32,000 nucleotides of DNA, taken from NCBI GenBank assembly GCA_001192655.1, contig BBVC01000016.1:1-32000 (forward strand). Direction: 5' to 3'. Position 1 is the first letter of the stretch, and the number at the start of each line of letters is the position of its first letter. The notes beneath the pieces are model-generated. The model did no database searches. It was not told the origin of the DNA and saw only the letters and a program-made list of their open reading frames with translations. This document shows positions 1-12,938 of the stretch, one piece after another. A program made the position numbers and the translations under genes. This DNA is from Caedimonas varicaedens. GTDB lineage: Bacteria > Pseudomonadota > Alphaproteobacteria > Caedimonadales > Caedimonadaceae.

Positions 1-1
1 A

Positions 2-1572
<1,571 letters not shown>

Positions 1573-1647
1573 ACCCTTATTTTTTATCTCAGGTGTATCA
1601 ATTTTCATCCGAGGATTTTTAAAAATCTGTATCAAATTTCAGCCGAT

Positions 1648-2171
1648 CTTGGAATAAGGCGCCGATGACATTCGTTCGTCCCTTTGCTCCCCAATCATGA
1701 ATCCCCTCACATCTCTTTCCTTTTGGAGAATAACCATGAGTGCGTGGCATATGGTGTGCAAATCCAGATTCATCAAGAGAAATGATAGGATGCCCTGCTT
1801 CTTCATAAGCTTTCAGCTCTTGACAAAAAGTAGCACGCTTTTCTGGATCGGCCTTGGGATGTTTGAGCGTTTTTTTTATAGGTCACATTCAAGCGTTTTA
1901 AAGCGTGCCATATCCCCATAGAGCTCACACCAAGACGTTCTGCTCTCTCGTACTGATAAGCATCAGGATAAAGCTGTATATCTTCTTTAAGGGCATCCAT
2001 ATTAAGCTTAGTGGCTGGTTTATGACGATGTGTCTGAGGCTCAGGCTTCTTGACCCATCTGACAAGACTGGTCACTCCAACACCAAAGAGATCCGCCGTT
2101 TCAGCAAAACTCAAATTTTTCTTCTTTTTTACAGATAAAACACGAAGTCTAAAATCTAATGAATAGGTCAT
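1648..2171 (-). pseudogene. IS630-family transposase, truncated by the IS21 insertion (orfA 1803-2171 plus part of the catalytic frame)
   Basis: The 122-aa orfA is identical to that of the intact copy. The downstream frame is cut before the second Asp and the Glu of the DDE triad. Confidence 0.8.
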
Positions 2172-2227
2172 GGAATAATCCTCTTAAAAATTATCCATAA
2201 TATAACCATTTTAAAGGTTTTTAGCTA
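1648..2227 (-). mobile_element. IS630-family element, copy C. Only the transposase-5' 580 bp are present because IS21 copy A is inserted in it.
   Basis: 1648-2227 aligns with 20810-21389 of the intact 904-bp copy (constant offset 19162). It ends in the terminal TAGCTA followed by TA at 2228-2229. The junction with IS21 lies at 1647/1648. Confidence 0.85.
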
Positions 2228-2754
2228 TAGATCCAAGGTTTTGGAAAATGAGAAAACTTTTCTATGATTTTCTTGTGAGCTTTCGGGCAAAGTGGGGGAA
2301 TCTGATCTTCTTTTTTTATAGAGTAACCCGCTAATTCCATCACCATTTCCAGCTGGGTGATGGGATGAGCGGTTCGAGAAGGCTCAGGAAGATTTTTTTG
2401 AGAAGTCAAAAAGTATTTTTGACGACCATACCCAAATCCTACACGTTCAGGAACCCGTGCAAAAAAAGGCAAACTAGCATAGCTTACGCTCCAATGTAAA
2501 ATCCACGATTTTTGAAAACGACGCCGAATTAATTCAGGAATGATCATGCTTAACAACCGGCGATCAGCGTAGAGGACGTCACGAAACGCAGGGTCAGCAA
2601 GCAAGAACTCTCGTGCCAAAGAACGAGGTTTAGTCAACAAGGTAATAGGACCTTCCTCTCGTGCAATGGCTTTGAGATAAGGCAAATACCAAATCATATC
2701 TCCAATACCCGGAAAAGGCTGTATGATAAGAGTTCCCCCCTTACGCATCCTCAT
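2221..2754 (-). pseudogene. Glycosyltransferase family 9 (heptosyltransferase-like), N-terminal ~175 aa only, truncated by the IS630 insertion
   Basis: The N-terminus LIIQPFPGIGDMIWYLPYLKAIA is typical of RfaF/WaaC-type GT9 enzymes, which are normally over 300 aa. The reading frame runs straight into the IS630 terminus at 2227/2228, and the stop codon is supplied by the IS end. Confidence 0.65.
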
Positions 2755-2758
2755 CCTC

Positions 2759-4150
2759 CTAGTCCGGAACAGGAATTGAAAATTTTTCCAGGTGATATCT
2801 CAATTCTTCCTTGAGAATTTCCAAACTTTCAACGCTGTTAGCTTCCACACGCGCAACAAGTTCTTCTGTCGTATTGGAAGCACGCAAAAGCCACCAGCCA
2901 TGAAGGCTAACAACTCTGACGCCATCAATATCAATAAAGGGCGTTTGTGCCTTTTTCAAAGCTGCTTGTACCTGAGAAATAACAGAAAATTTGTCATAGT
3001 CTGAACATTCAAGACGAATTTCAGGTGTATTCAAGGGATGAGGCAATCGCTGATACCACTCACTCAGCTTTTCTTCTCCTGTAGAGATAATGCCCAACGT
3101 CCGAAGAGCTGCATATAAGGCATCATCAAACCCAAAATGACGATCAGCAAAAAAGATATGCCCACTCATTTCTCCCGCCAGAGGCGCTTTAGTTTCTGCC
3201 ATCTTTGTCTTAATCAATGAGTGTCCTGTTCGCCACATGAGAGGAACTCCACCCATTTCTGCAATTTTATCAAACAGTGTTTGACTTGCTTTAACGTCAG
3301 CAATAATCGTCGATCCAGGATATTCCTTTAATACTTCGTGAGATAAGAGGATAAGCAACTGATCTCCCCAAATGATATGACCTTGATTGTCAATAACACC
3401 AAGACGATCTCCATCTCCATCAAAAGCAAAGCCTAAATCTGCCTTATGCTCTTTAACCGCTTCAATTAATTGAAGCAGATTTTCAGCGACAACAGGGTCT
3501 GGGTGATGTGCTGGAAAAGTTCCATCAATATCTGCGTTCAGAAGTATATGTTCTCCGGGAAGCTTCTGAATAAGCTTTTTTATAATCTCTCCCGTGGCCC
3601 CGTTGCCTGCGTCCCATACCACTTTAAGAGCTTTGGCCGTGCTATAATGAGTTTCAAAATCACTGATCAAATAATCAATGTAAGCTTCTTCTATCAAATA
3701 ATTTTTAAGAGTACCAATACCAGGCTCGAAGTCTTCTTTTTCTATCAATTTTCCCAAGATTTTAATTTGTTCTCCAAAATAGGACTTTTTGAAAAGAACC
3801 ATCTTAAAACCGTTATAGGAAGCAGGATTATGAGAGCCGGTGACCATGATCGCAGCATCAGTCTGCAAGTGAAAACTTGCAAAATAGGTCATAGGAGAAG
3901 GGCCAAGCCCCACACGTATAATATGAAGTCCAGTAGATTGCAGCCCTTGCACCAATGCTTTTTCAAGTTCAACAGATGTCAGTCTGCCATCGTATCCCAC
4001 AACAATAGAGTTTCCACCTGCTCGTTTGACTATCGTACCATATCCTCTTCCAATTAAGTAGGCATCATGTACCCCAAATTCTTTATCAACGACACCCCGG
4101 ATATCATACTCGCGAAGAATTTTCGGGTTAAGGCTATAATGATGCATCAT
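2759..4150 (-). CDS. Phosphomannomutase/phosphoglucomutase (alpha-D-phosphohexomutase family)
   Basis: 463 aa. Active-site loop TGSHNPASYNGFK, metal loop FDGDGDR and sugar loop GEMSGH. The start overlaps the ugd stop (ATGA). Confidence 0.9.
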   Translation of the reverse strand: MMHHYSLNPKILREYDIRGVVDKEFGVHDAYLIGRGYGTIVKRAGGNSIVVGYDGRLTSVELEKALVQGLQSTGLHIIRVGLGPSPMTYFASFHLQTDAAIMVTGSHNPASYNGFKMVLFKKSYFGEQIKILGKLIEKEDFEPGIGTLKNYLIEEAYIDYLISDFETHYSTAKALKVVWDAGNGATGEIIKKLIQKLPGEHILLNADIDGTFPAHHPDPVVAENLLQLIEAVKEHKADLGFAFDGDGDRLGVIDNQGHIIWGDQLLILLSHEVLKEYPGSTIIADVKASQTLFDKIAEMGGVPLMWRTGHSLIKTKMAETKAPLAGEMSGHIFFADRHFGFDDALYAALRTLGIISTGEEKLSEWYQRLPHPLNTPEIRLECSDYDKFSVISQVQAALKKAQTPFIDIDGVRVVSLHGWWLLRASNTTEELVARVEANSVESLEILKEELRYHLEKFSIPVPD

Positions 4151-5502
4151 ACAACCCTTAATGCAGTTTTTTTTGAGCGAGAGAACCCATAAACAGGGGA
4201 ACGCCCAATAGAAAGATAATCAAATCCCTGCTTCTGAACATGAGATGGCAAATAGATATTACGCAAATCGATCATGCAGGGCTTTTTCAAGACCTTTTTC
4301 ATCTGGTCAAAATCGAGCGCCCGAAACTCATTCCATTCTGTCAGAATCACTACAGCGTCTGTTCCTGTCATGGCATCGTAAGGGTCTTCAAACCATTTTA
4401 CTTCCGAAGGCAACATCTCGCGTCCCTCTTTTTGTCCCTGGGGATCAAAAACGTGAATCTTTGCCCCAGACTTCATTAAGGAAGGAATAATATCCAGACT
4501 GGGCGCGTCTCGCATATCATCCGTATCAGGTTTAAAAGTGACGCCCAAAATACAAAGGGTCTTTTCTTTCAAGTCTCCGCCACATCCCGCCATAACTTTT
4601 GCTGACATGGCTTGTTTTCGCTGACTGTTACTTTCCACAACTGCATCAACAATGCTGATCTTCATGCCATAATCATCCGCAGTATGAATAAGCGCTAAAG
4701 TATCTTTGGGAAAGCACGACCCCCCATAACCAGGTCCTGCGTTTAAAAACCGTTCACCAATTCTTTTATCAAGTCCCATTCCCTGAGCAACTGCCTGAAC
4801 ATCCGCACCGCATATTTCACACAAATCAGCAATTTCATTAATGAAAGCAATCTTCGTTGATAAAAACGCGTTAGAAGCATACTTAATAAGCTCTGCTGAC
4901 TCACGTGATGTAAAAATAAGGGGCGTTTCAGGAGAAGAAAGAGGACGATAGAGCTCTCGCATAATAGCTGTGGCACGTTCTGTTTCTGCTCCAATCACAA
5001 CGCGATCCGGTTTCATAAAATCTTCAATGGCAGAACCTTCCCGCAAGAATTCTGGATTGGAGACAACATCAAATTCTGCATGTGGGCGTTTTTGCCGTAT
5101 AATTTGTTCCACTTTTCGTCCCGTCCCCACGGGTACAGTGGATTTGGTGACAATCACGGTGTACTTTTCAAGGGCAGAAGCAATGTCTTCAGCGACTGAA
5201 TAAACATAAGACAGATCTGCGTGTCCTCCACCTCGACGGCTGGGGGTTCCCACAGCAATAAAAACAACATCAGCCTCTCTTATAGAAGCATGCACATTGG
5301 TTGTAAAAGCAAGCCGTCCTTTTGCTAAATTGTTAGCAACCATTACATTAAGTCCTGGCTCGTAAATGGGGATAATATCCTGGTTTAACTGAGAAATTTT
5401 TTTCTCGTCTTTATCAACACAAGTCACATGAAAACCAAACTCTGCAAAACAGGTTCCTGTGACAAGCCCAACATAGCCGCTGCCAATAACTGTTATTTTC
5501 AC
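4147..5502 (-). CDS. ugd: UDP-glucose 6-dehydrogenase
   Basis: 451 aa. N-terminal Rossmann motif VIGSGYVGLVTG and catalytic Cys motif GGSCFPKD. Full-length similarity to the UDP-glucose/GDP-mannose dehydrogenase family. Confidence 0.9.
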   Translation of the reverse strand: MKITVIGSGYVGLVTGTCFAEFGFHVTCVDKDEKKISQLNQDIIPIYEPGLNVMVANNLAKGRLAFTTNVHASIREADVVFIAVGTPSRRGGGHADLSYVYSVAEDIASALEKYTVIVTKSTVPVGTGRKVEQIIRQKRPHAEFDVVSNPEFLREGSAIEDFMKPDRVVIGAETERATAIMRELYRPLSSPETPLIFTSRESAELIKYASNAFLSTKIAFINEIADLCEICGADVQAVAQGMGLDKRIGERFLNAGPGYGGSCFPKDTLALIHTADDYGMKISIVDAVVESNSQRKQAMSAKVMAGCGGDLKEKTLCILGVTFKPDTDDMRDAPSLDIIPSLMKSGAKIHVFDPQGQKEGREMLPSEVKWFEDPYDAMTGTDAVVILTEWNEFRALDFDQMKKVLKKPCMIDLRNIYLPSHVQKQGFDYLSIGRSPVYGFSRSKKTALRVV

Positions 5503-5505
5503 AAT

Positions 5506-6414
5506 TTAATTCCCTTCTGCCATGGGGAATGTATCTCTAAAATCCTTCAAAAGAGATTCAAGTCCAGAAATTACATCCGTTGCCAGATCTTCCCGACCAA
5601 GTGCCACAGCTAAACTTGCCAGCAACAAGCCTTCTCTGGAACCACAGTCATAACGTTTTCCCTCAAAGCGAAAACCATAAAAAGGTTCCTGCGAAATAAG
5701 ATGGCTTAAAGCATCGGTTAATTGTATTTCTCCTCCCGCCCCACTTTTTTGAAGATCCAAATAATCGAAGACCTTCGGGTCTAAAATATAACGCCCAATA
5801 ATGGCAAGGTTGGAAGGCGCATTATCTGGATGAGGTTTCTCTACAACACCACGGACTTGAACCAACGCCCCTTGCTCTTGGGCAATATCCACAATACCAT
5901 AACGACTCACATGAGATCGATCAACATTCATGACAGCAACCATGATGCCGCCGTACTGCTCATAGCTCTGAATCATCTGTTGCAGGCATGGTTTCTCACT
6001 ATGAATAAAATCATCTGCCAACAAAACCGCAAAAGGCTCATTTCCGATCAAATGACGCGCACACCATACAGCATGTCCTAATCCTAAAGGCTCCTGTTGG
6101 CGAGTATAGGCAATATTGCCCGCAGAAAGCTTTGGAACGCCCAAAGTCATATAATCAACCTTGACGCCGCGTTTTCTCAGTGTCTCTTCTAATTCGAAAG
6201 AATAGTCAAAATGATCTTCAATGGCTGATTTTCCACGCCCAGTCACAAAGATCAGCTCTTCAATGCCCGCAGCCAAAGCTTCCTCAACGGCGTATTGAAT
6301 CAGGGGCTTATCCACAACAGGTAGCATCTCTTTTGGCATTGCCTTCGTTGCAGGCAGAAAACGCGTCCCCAACCCGCCCACAGGAAATACAGCCTTACGG
6401 ATTTTCTTTATCAT
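5506..6414 (-). CDS. galU: UTP--glucose-1-phosphate uridylyltransferase
   Basis: 302 aa. The N-terminus KAVFPVGGLGTRFLPATKAMPKEMLPVVDKPLIQY is the GalU signature. Confidence 0.92.
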   Translation of the reverse strand: MIKKIRKAVFPVGGLGTRFLPATKAMPKEMLPVVDKPLIQYAVEEALAAGIEELIFVTGRGKSAIEDHFDYSFELEETLRKRGVKVDYMTLGVPKLSAGNIAYTRQQEPLGLGHAVWCARHLIGNEPFAVLLADDFIHSEKPCLQQMIQSYEQYGGIMVAVMNVDRSHVSRYGIVDIAQEQGALVQVRGVVEKPHPDNAPSNLAIIGRYILDPKVFDYLDLQKSGAGGEIQLTDALSHLISQEPFYGFRFEGKRYDCGSREGLLLASLAVALGREDLATDVISGLESLLKDFRDTFPMAEGN

Positions 6415-6606
6415 ATTTTTCCATCCCCTTATCCCAAAATCTTGTAGCGAATATAGGTAAAAAATACAAGATTTATCGCTCTCATGCTATTCACACTCAA
6501 AAGAAATTAAAATATTCTGATCATAAAAGTTGTTTCTGACTGATGAGTAAAGCAAATCTCTGCTTTTTGGTAAGGAAAAAAAGATATTATAAAGAAGAAC
6601 GTTATG

Positions 6607-6702
6607 TTTTGCTTTATATATCAATCAAAAGTCCTTTTCAAACTTGAAAAAACACGATAGGATTAAAAAGTTGGTCATTTTTGATTGATATATAAAGCAA
6701 AA
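6607..6702. promoter_or_regulatory. Perfect 24-bp inverted repeat (arms 6607-6630 and 6679-6702, 48-bp spacer) ending 2 nt before the hipB start codon. Candidate operator pair or 5'-leader stem.
   Basis: Arm 1 is TTTTGCTTTATATATCAATCAAAA. Arm 2 is its exact reverse complement, TTTTGATTGATATATAAAGCAAAA. It lies in the divergent galU/hipB intergenic region. Confidence 0.5.
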
Positions 6703-6704
6703 AG

Positions 6705-6956
6705 ATGATACGAAAACCTGTTTTTCTTCATACCCTAGAAATATTGGGAAAAATTATTGCTACAGAAAGAGCTCGTATTCCCCTTACACAACAAGAGCTT
6801 GCCGATCTAGCCGAAGTCAGCCGCACCTCTGTACAACGCCTGGAGGAAGGAAAGGAAGCAACCTTCTCTACCATTGTCAAGATACTGCGCGTATTAAACC
6901 TGATGTTGATCATTGATACATATCAAAAAGAAGAACAAATAGAAAATGACAGATGA
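6705..6956 (+). CDS. hipB: XRE-family helix-turn-helix protein, HipB-like component of a HipBST-type module
   Basis: 83 aa. HTH segment LTQQELADLAEVSRTSVQRLEEGK. Overlaps the next ORF by 11 nt. Confidence 0.75.
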   Translation: MIRKPVFLHTLEILGKIIATERARIPLTQQELADLAEVSRTSVQRLEEGKEATFSTIVKILRVLNLMLIIDTYQKEEQIENDR

Positions 6957-7293
6957 TTCTTTTACTCCAAGAAGCGCACATGTCTGTGTAAATCATCAAA
7001 AAGCAGGAATCCTGACAGAACTGAAACGCGGATATCACTATCAATTTCTTTATCTTCCCGATTATGAAGGCTCCTCTATTTCATTAACCATGCCTGTTCG
7101 CTCAGAACCCTATATCTATGATCGTTTTCCTCCTTTTTTTGATGGGCTTTTACCTGAGGGGAATCACCTTGAAGCCCTATTGAGGCAAGCCAAGCTTGAT
7201 CGGGATGATTACTTTGGCCAGCTTATCGCAGTAGGAAAAGATATGGTAGGGGCTGTCAGTGTGGAAGGAATATCCTCATGGACAGATGTTTAA
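6946..7293 (+). CDS. hipS: HipA N-terminal subdomain protein (HipS-like)
   Basis: 115 aa. FFDGLLPEG matches E. coli HipA FFDNLLPDS, and KDMVGAVSV matches HipA RDSVGAVTL. The ORF ends where HipA N-subdomain 1 ends and overlaps the kinase ORF by 16 nt. Confidence 0.75.
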   Translation: MTDDSFTPRSAHVCVNHQKAGILTELKRGYHYQFLYLPDYEGSSISLTMPVRSEPYIYDRFPPFFDGLLPEGNHLEALLRQAKLDRDDYFGQLIAVGKDMVGAVSVEGISSWTDV

Positions 7294-8210
7294 TAACTCT
7301 TCAGGAAATTCCTGAAGGGCATCTGTATAGCCGTCATGGACTTGCACGGCTTTCGCCCCGTTTGAAAAATCTCAGGCTTTTTCCGTATTCGGCAGAACGT
7401 CAGCAACAGGAAGCGCTTGCACGCACAACCAAAATGTCCATTCAGGGAGTCCAGCCAAAGCTCAGCGCCCGACTTGATATTTCCCGCGAAACTTTTGAAA
7501 TTGTTGAGCAGCGAGGAACTTATATTCTCAAACCCTCTCATCTTTTCTACCCTGAACTGCCTGCCAATGAAGCGCTGACAATGACTCTAGCCGCACAAGT
7601 AGGGATTGAAATTCCCTTACACGGTCTCATTAAATGTAGTGATGAGAGTCTAACCTATTTTATCAAGCGATATGATCGCAAAGGTCATGACGCACGCATC
7701 TCTGTAGAAGATTTTGCTCAATTAACTGAGGAAACACGAGAAACAAAATATAATTCAAGTATGGAGAAAGTCGCAAAAGTGATCGATAGATTTTGCAGCT
7801 ATCCGCAAGTCGAAAAGAAAAAATTATTTGATCGGATTCTGTTTTCCTATTTGATTGGCAATGAAGACATGCATCTGAAAAATTTTTCCCTTATTGTTCG
7901 AAAGGGAAAAGTTGAGCTTTCACCTGCCTATGACCTTTTGAATACATCAATTGCACTGCCTTCGTCCCATGAAGAAATGGCACTGCCAATGGGTGGAAAA
8001 AAGAATAAACTTGATCTTCAGGATTTCAGAAATTATGGACAACTTACGCTTATGCTGCCAGATAAAATTGTTGATGGTTGCCTTTTAAAATTGAAAGAAA
8101 ATCTACCCATTTTGCTCAATACTATTCAAATAAGCTTTTTATCTGAAAACATGAAGAAAAAGTACCTCACTCTACTAAACCAGCGCGCTGAAAAATTACA
8201 AATTTCCTAA
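7278..8210 (+). CDS. hipT: HipA-family Ser/Thr kinase core (HipT-like toxin)
   Basis: 310 aa. Gly-rich loop MSIQGVQPK (HipA ISVAGAQEK), catalytic loop LIGNEDMHLKNFS (HipA LIGATDGHAKNFS) and Mg-binding SPAYDLLN (HipA TPFYDIIS). Confidence 0.8.
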   Translation: MDRCLITLQEIPEGHLYSRHGLARLSPRLKNLRLFPYSAERQQQEALARTTKMSIQGVQPKLSARLDISRETFEIVEQRGTYILKPSHLFYPELPANEALTMTLAAQVGIEIPLHGLIKCSDESLTYFIKRYDRKGHDARISVEDFAQLTEETRETKYNSSMEKVAKVIDRFCSYPQVEKKKLFDRILFSYLIGNEDMHLKNFSLIVRKGKVELSPAYDLLNTSIALPSSHEEMALPMGGKKNKLDLQDFRNYGQLTLMLPDKIVDGCLLKLKENLPILLNTIQISFLSENMKKKYLTLLNQRAEKLQIS

Positions 8211-8265
8211 AGCACTCCCCCTTGCGTTACTTTAATGATATGCTCATGAAAAATGAAAGAAAGAT

Positions 8266-8574
8266 ATGGGTTATCTCTTAAAAATTACAGTATTTTTCTG
8301 TCTTGTTGGACAAGGAGTATCAGCGTCTTCCCTGATCAAGGCATCGCACTTTTCTTTTAAACTGGATGCGCCTGTAGGATGGTCTCTGGACGCGCACTAT
8401 AATATCCCCGCTAATAAGCTTGCTATAGCTATGCCTTATGGACAACTCATCGACGACTGTACCAGTGTTGTGTATGTCAGTGAATCAAATCTTTTTTTTG
8501 CTCATCAACCTCTTGAACATTTTATTGCTTCTGATGTTAGCGCCGGAGGTAAAATGATACAGATCATCGGTTGA
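8266..8574 (+). pseudogene. N-terminal fragment of a secreted hypothetical protein gene interrupted by IS21 copy B
   Basis: Signal-peptide-like N-terminus MGYLLKITVFFCLVGQGVSASS. The ORF runs into the IS21 left end, and its last codons and stop (8566-8574) are IS sequence. Confidence 0.6.
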
Positions 8575-8623
8575 ATTTTGATACACCCACGCATTAACTC
8601 CTTTTCAAAGGAGTTTAGGAATA

Positions 8624-10458
<1,835 letters not shown>

Positions 10459-10534
10459 ACCCTTATTTTTTTATCTCAGGTGTATCAATTTTCATCCGAG
10501 GATTTTTAAAAATCTGTATCAAATTTCAGCCGAT

Positions 10535-10897
10535 GTTGACACTGATCTTGGTATCCAGAAGAAACGAGTCCCTGACGTTATTTTAACGTCCCGTTATCAG
10601 CTTCGAACATCGCAGGGACTCCAGGTTCCGGTCTGTACTTTCAAGGGAGATAAGGGAAAATCTCATGAAAGTGTGGCTTATATTCGCGAAAAAGACAAAG
10701 TCATCCTGATTGTTCTTATGTCTGTTAGCGAACATGAAATGGTAAAAGCCTTACCTGCATTTCGTAAAATCGTCATGTCGTACCGCAAGGCAAGTCTGCC
10801 TTCCAGAATACAAAAAGCAGCTCTGCCGAAAATTAGTCAGAAATCTACATTTCAAATTAGAAAAAAAGTTAATCCTATTTCGCGTCCAGTCCAGTAA
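10535..10897 (+). pseudogene. C-terminal fragment of the gene interrupted by IS21 copy B
   Basis: The frame is open from the IS21 right boundary (10535) to the stop at 10897. The track shows only its GTG-started tail (10673-10897). The phase is compatible with joining to the 8266 fragment. Confidence 0.5.
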
Positions 10898-10925
10898 ACT
10901 AAGCTGACAATAGCACTAATTCTCA

Positions 10926-12932
10926 TTAATACGGCTCATCTACACCTAATTCTCTCGCTTCCAAGTCGCGCAGCTCATCCCGCAGCCGTGCTGCTTCTTC
11001 AAATTCAAGGTTGCTAGCTGCTTTCAGCATTCGCTTTTCCAGAGCAACTTTATAGGCCACAAGCTTTTTCCCCGTTAAATGAGCCGTTTTATCCTCTTCA
11101 ATTTTAACTGTTACATGATCTTTTTCATAAACGCTGATCAGGATATCCGCAATGGATTTTTTAACAGATTCAGGTGTAATGCCATGAGCCGCATTATAGG
11201 CTTGTTGCTTTTCGCAACGACGATGGGTTTCTTCCAGAGCAGCTTTCATAGAGTCGGTTATTTTATCAGCGTACAGGATCGCGCGGCCGTCCACATTGCG
11301 CGCCGCCCTTCCGATGGTCTGAATGAGGGATGTACGTGACCGCAGATAGCCTTCCTTATCCGCATCCAGAATCGCCACAAGCGCACATTCAGGGATATCA
11401 AGCCCCTCACGCAGCAAGTTGATGCCGACCAGAATATCAAAAACGCCCAGTCTCAGATCGCGGATAATTTCAATGCGTTCAAGCGTATCAATGTCTGAAT
11501 GCACATAGCGGGTTTTCAGACCTGCCTCTGTCAGGTATTCTGTCAGGGCTTCCGCCATTTTTTTGGTGAGTGTGGTTACCAACACCCGATATCCCTGTCG
11601 CGCGGTTTCAGAACACTCGGTAATCAGATCATCAATTTGATATTGGGTAGGACGTACCAAACACACAGGGTCGATCAATCCTGTAGGTCGAATGATTTGT
11701 TCAACAAAGATCCCTGTTGTTTGTTCAAGCTCCCATGGACTTGGGGTTGCTGAAACAAAAACTGTTTGGGGACGCATGATCTCCCATTCCTCAAATTTCA
11801 GGGGACGATTATCACGGCATGAGGGCAAGCGAAAGCCATATTCTGCCAGTGTATTCTTTCGCACAGCATCTCCCTTGTACATTCCCCTGATCTGGGGAAC
11901 TGAGACATGACTTTCATCTACAATCAGCAACGCGTTTTGGGGAAGATATTCAAAAAGAGTTGGGGGCGGTTCGCCAGGCGCGCGGGCTGTCAGGAAACGC
12001 GAATAATTTTCAATACCAGCGCACATTCCCGTGGCTTCAAGCATCTCAAGATCAAATGTCGTCCGCTGTCTTAGTCGTTGCGCTTCCAAAAGCCGGTTTT
12101 GTCCTTCCAGCTCTTCCAGACGTTCTTTCAGTTCATGGCGAATCAGCTTGATGGCTTGTTGCATGGTAGGCTTTGGCGTCACATAATGACTATTGGGGAA
12201 GATTGTAATATCGTCCAGCCCTCTGATTTTTTCTCCTGTCAGGGGATCAATTTCATGAATTTCTTCCAGTTCATCTCCAAAAAAAGAAAGTCGCCAGGCG
12301 CGGTCTTCCAGGTGAGACGGAAAAATTTCAAGAGTATCTCCACTGACGCGAAATGTCCCGCGATGGAAACTTATGTCATTGCGTTTATATTGAAGTTCCA
12401 CAAATTTCTTGAGAAGTTCCAGGAGAGGAATTTGACAACCCATTTTAAGGGAAATGGTCATCCTTGCATAATCTTCTACAGCACCAATACCATAAATACA
12501 GGAAACACTGGCAACGATGATAACGTCCTGCCGCTCAAGCAGCGACCGCGTTGCTGAATGTCGCATACGATCGATTTGCTCATTGATCGTCGCTTCTTTT
12601 TCAATGAAGGTATCCGTGCGCGGCACATAGGCTTCGGGTTGATAATAGTCATAATACGAAACAAAATATTCGACCGCATTAGAAGGAAAGAATTCTTTCA
12701 TCTCTCCATATAACTGAGCCGCAAGAGTTTTGTTAGGCGCCATAATCAGCGCAGGTCGCTTCAATTTTTGAATGACGTGAGCCATTGTGAAGGTTTTTCC
12801 TGACCCCGTCACGCCCAGCAAAACCTGATTTTTTTCCCCCTGCTGAAGCCCTTGCAATAATGCCTCAATGGCCTGGGGCTGATCCCCCGCCGGTTGAAAG
12901 TCAGACTGCAATTGAAACAAACCAGATTTCAA
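10926..12932 (-). CDS. uvrB: Excinuclease ABC subunit B
   Basis: 668 aa. Walker [10 protein letters not shown], helicase motifs (LLIVDESH) and a C-terminal UVR domain ([13 protein letters not shown]). Confidence 0.95.
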   Translation of the reverse strand: MKSGLFQLQSDFQPAGDQPQAIEALLQGLQQGEKNQVLLGVTGSGKTFTMAHVIQKLKRPALIMAPNKTLAAQLYGEMKEFFPSNAVEYFVSYYDYYQPEAYVPRTDTFIEKEATINEQIDRMRHSATRSLLERQDVIIVASVSCIYGIGAVEDYARMTISLKMGCQIPLLELLKKFVELQYKRNDISFHRGTFRVSGDTLEIFPSHLEDRAWRLSFFGDELEEIHEIDPLTGEKIRGLDDITIFPNSHYVTPKPTMQQAIKLIRHELKERLEELEGQNRLLEAQRLRQRTTFDLEMLEATGMCAGIENYSRFLTARAPGEPPPTLFEYLPQNALLIVDESHVSVPQIRGMYKGDAVRKNTLAEYGFRLPSCRDNRPLKFEEWEIMRPQTVFVSATPSPWELEQTTGIFVEQIIRPTGLIDPVCLVRPTQYQIDDLITECSETARQGYRVLVTTLTKKMAEALTEYLTEAGLKTRYVHSDIDTLERIEIIRDLRLGVFDILVGINLLREGLDIPECALVAILDADKEGYLRSRTSLIQTIGRAARNVDGRAILYADKITDSMKAALEETHRRCEKQQAYNAAHGITPESVKKSIADILISVYEKDHVTVKIEEDKTAHLTGKKLVAYKVALEKRMLKAASNLEFEEAARLRDELRDLEARELGVDEPY

Positions 12933-12938
12933 GAGAGA

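Noticed and set aside
3470-4057. 195-aa plus-strand ORF
   Set aside because: It lies entirely antisense within the well-supported phosphohexomutase gene and has a low-complexity composition with no motifs. It is a shadow ORF.
8533-8566. Target-site duplication for IS21 copy B (GTT or GATGTT at 8533-8538 vs 10532-10537)
   Set aside because: The match is too short and partly overlaps the IS terminus. I cannot tell it from coincidence without other copies, so it is reported as an ambiguity and not as a feature.
12078-12557. 159-aa plus-strand ORF (and neighbours at 11079-11910)
   Set aside because: These lie antisense inside uvrB, whose identity is unambiguous. They are shadow ORFs.
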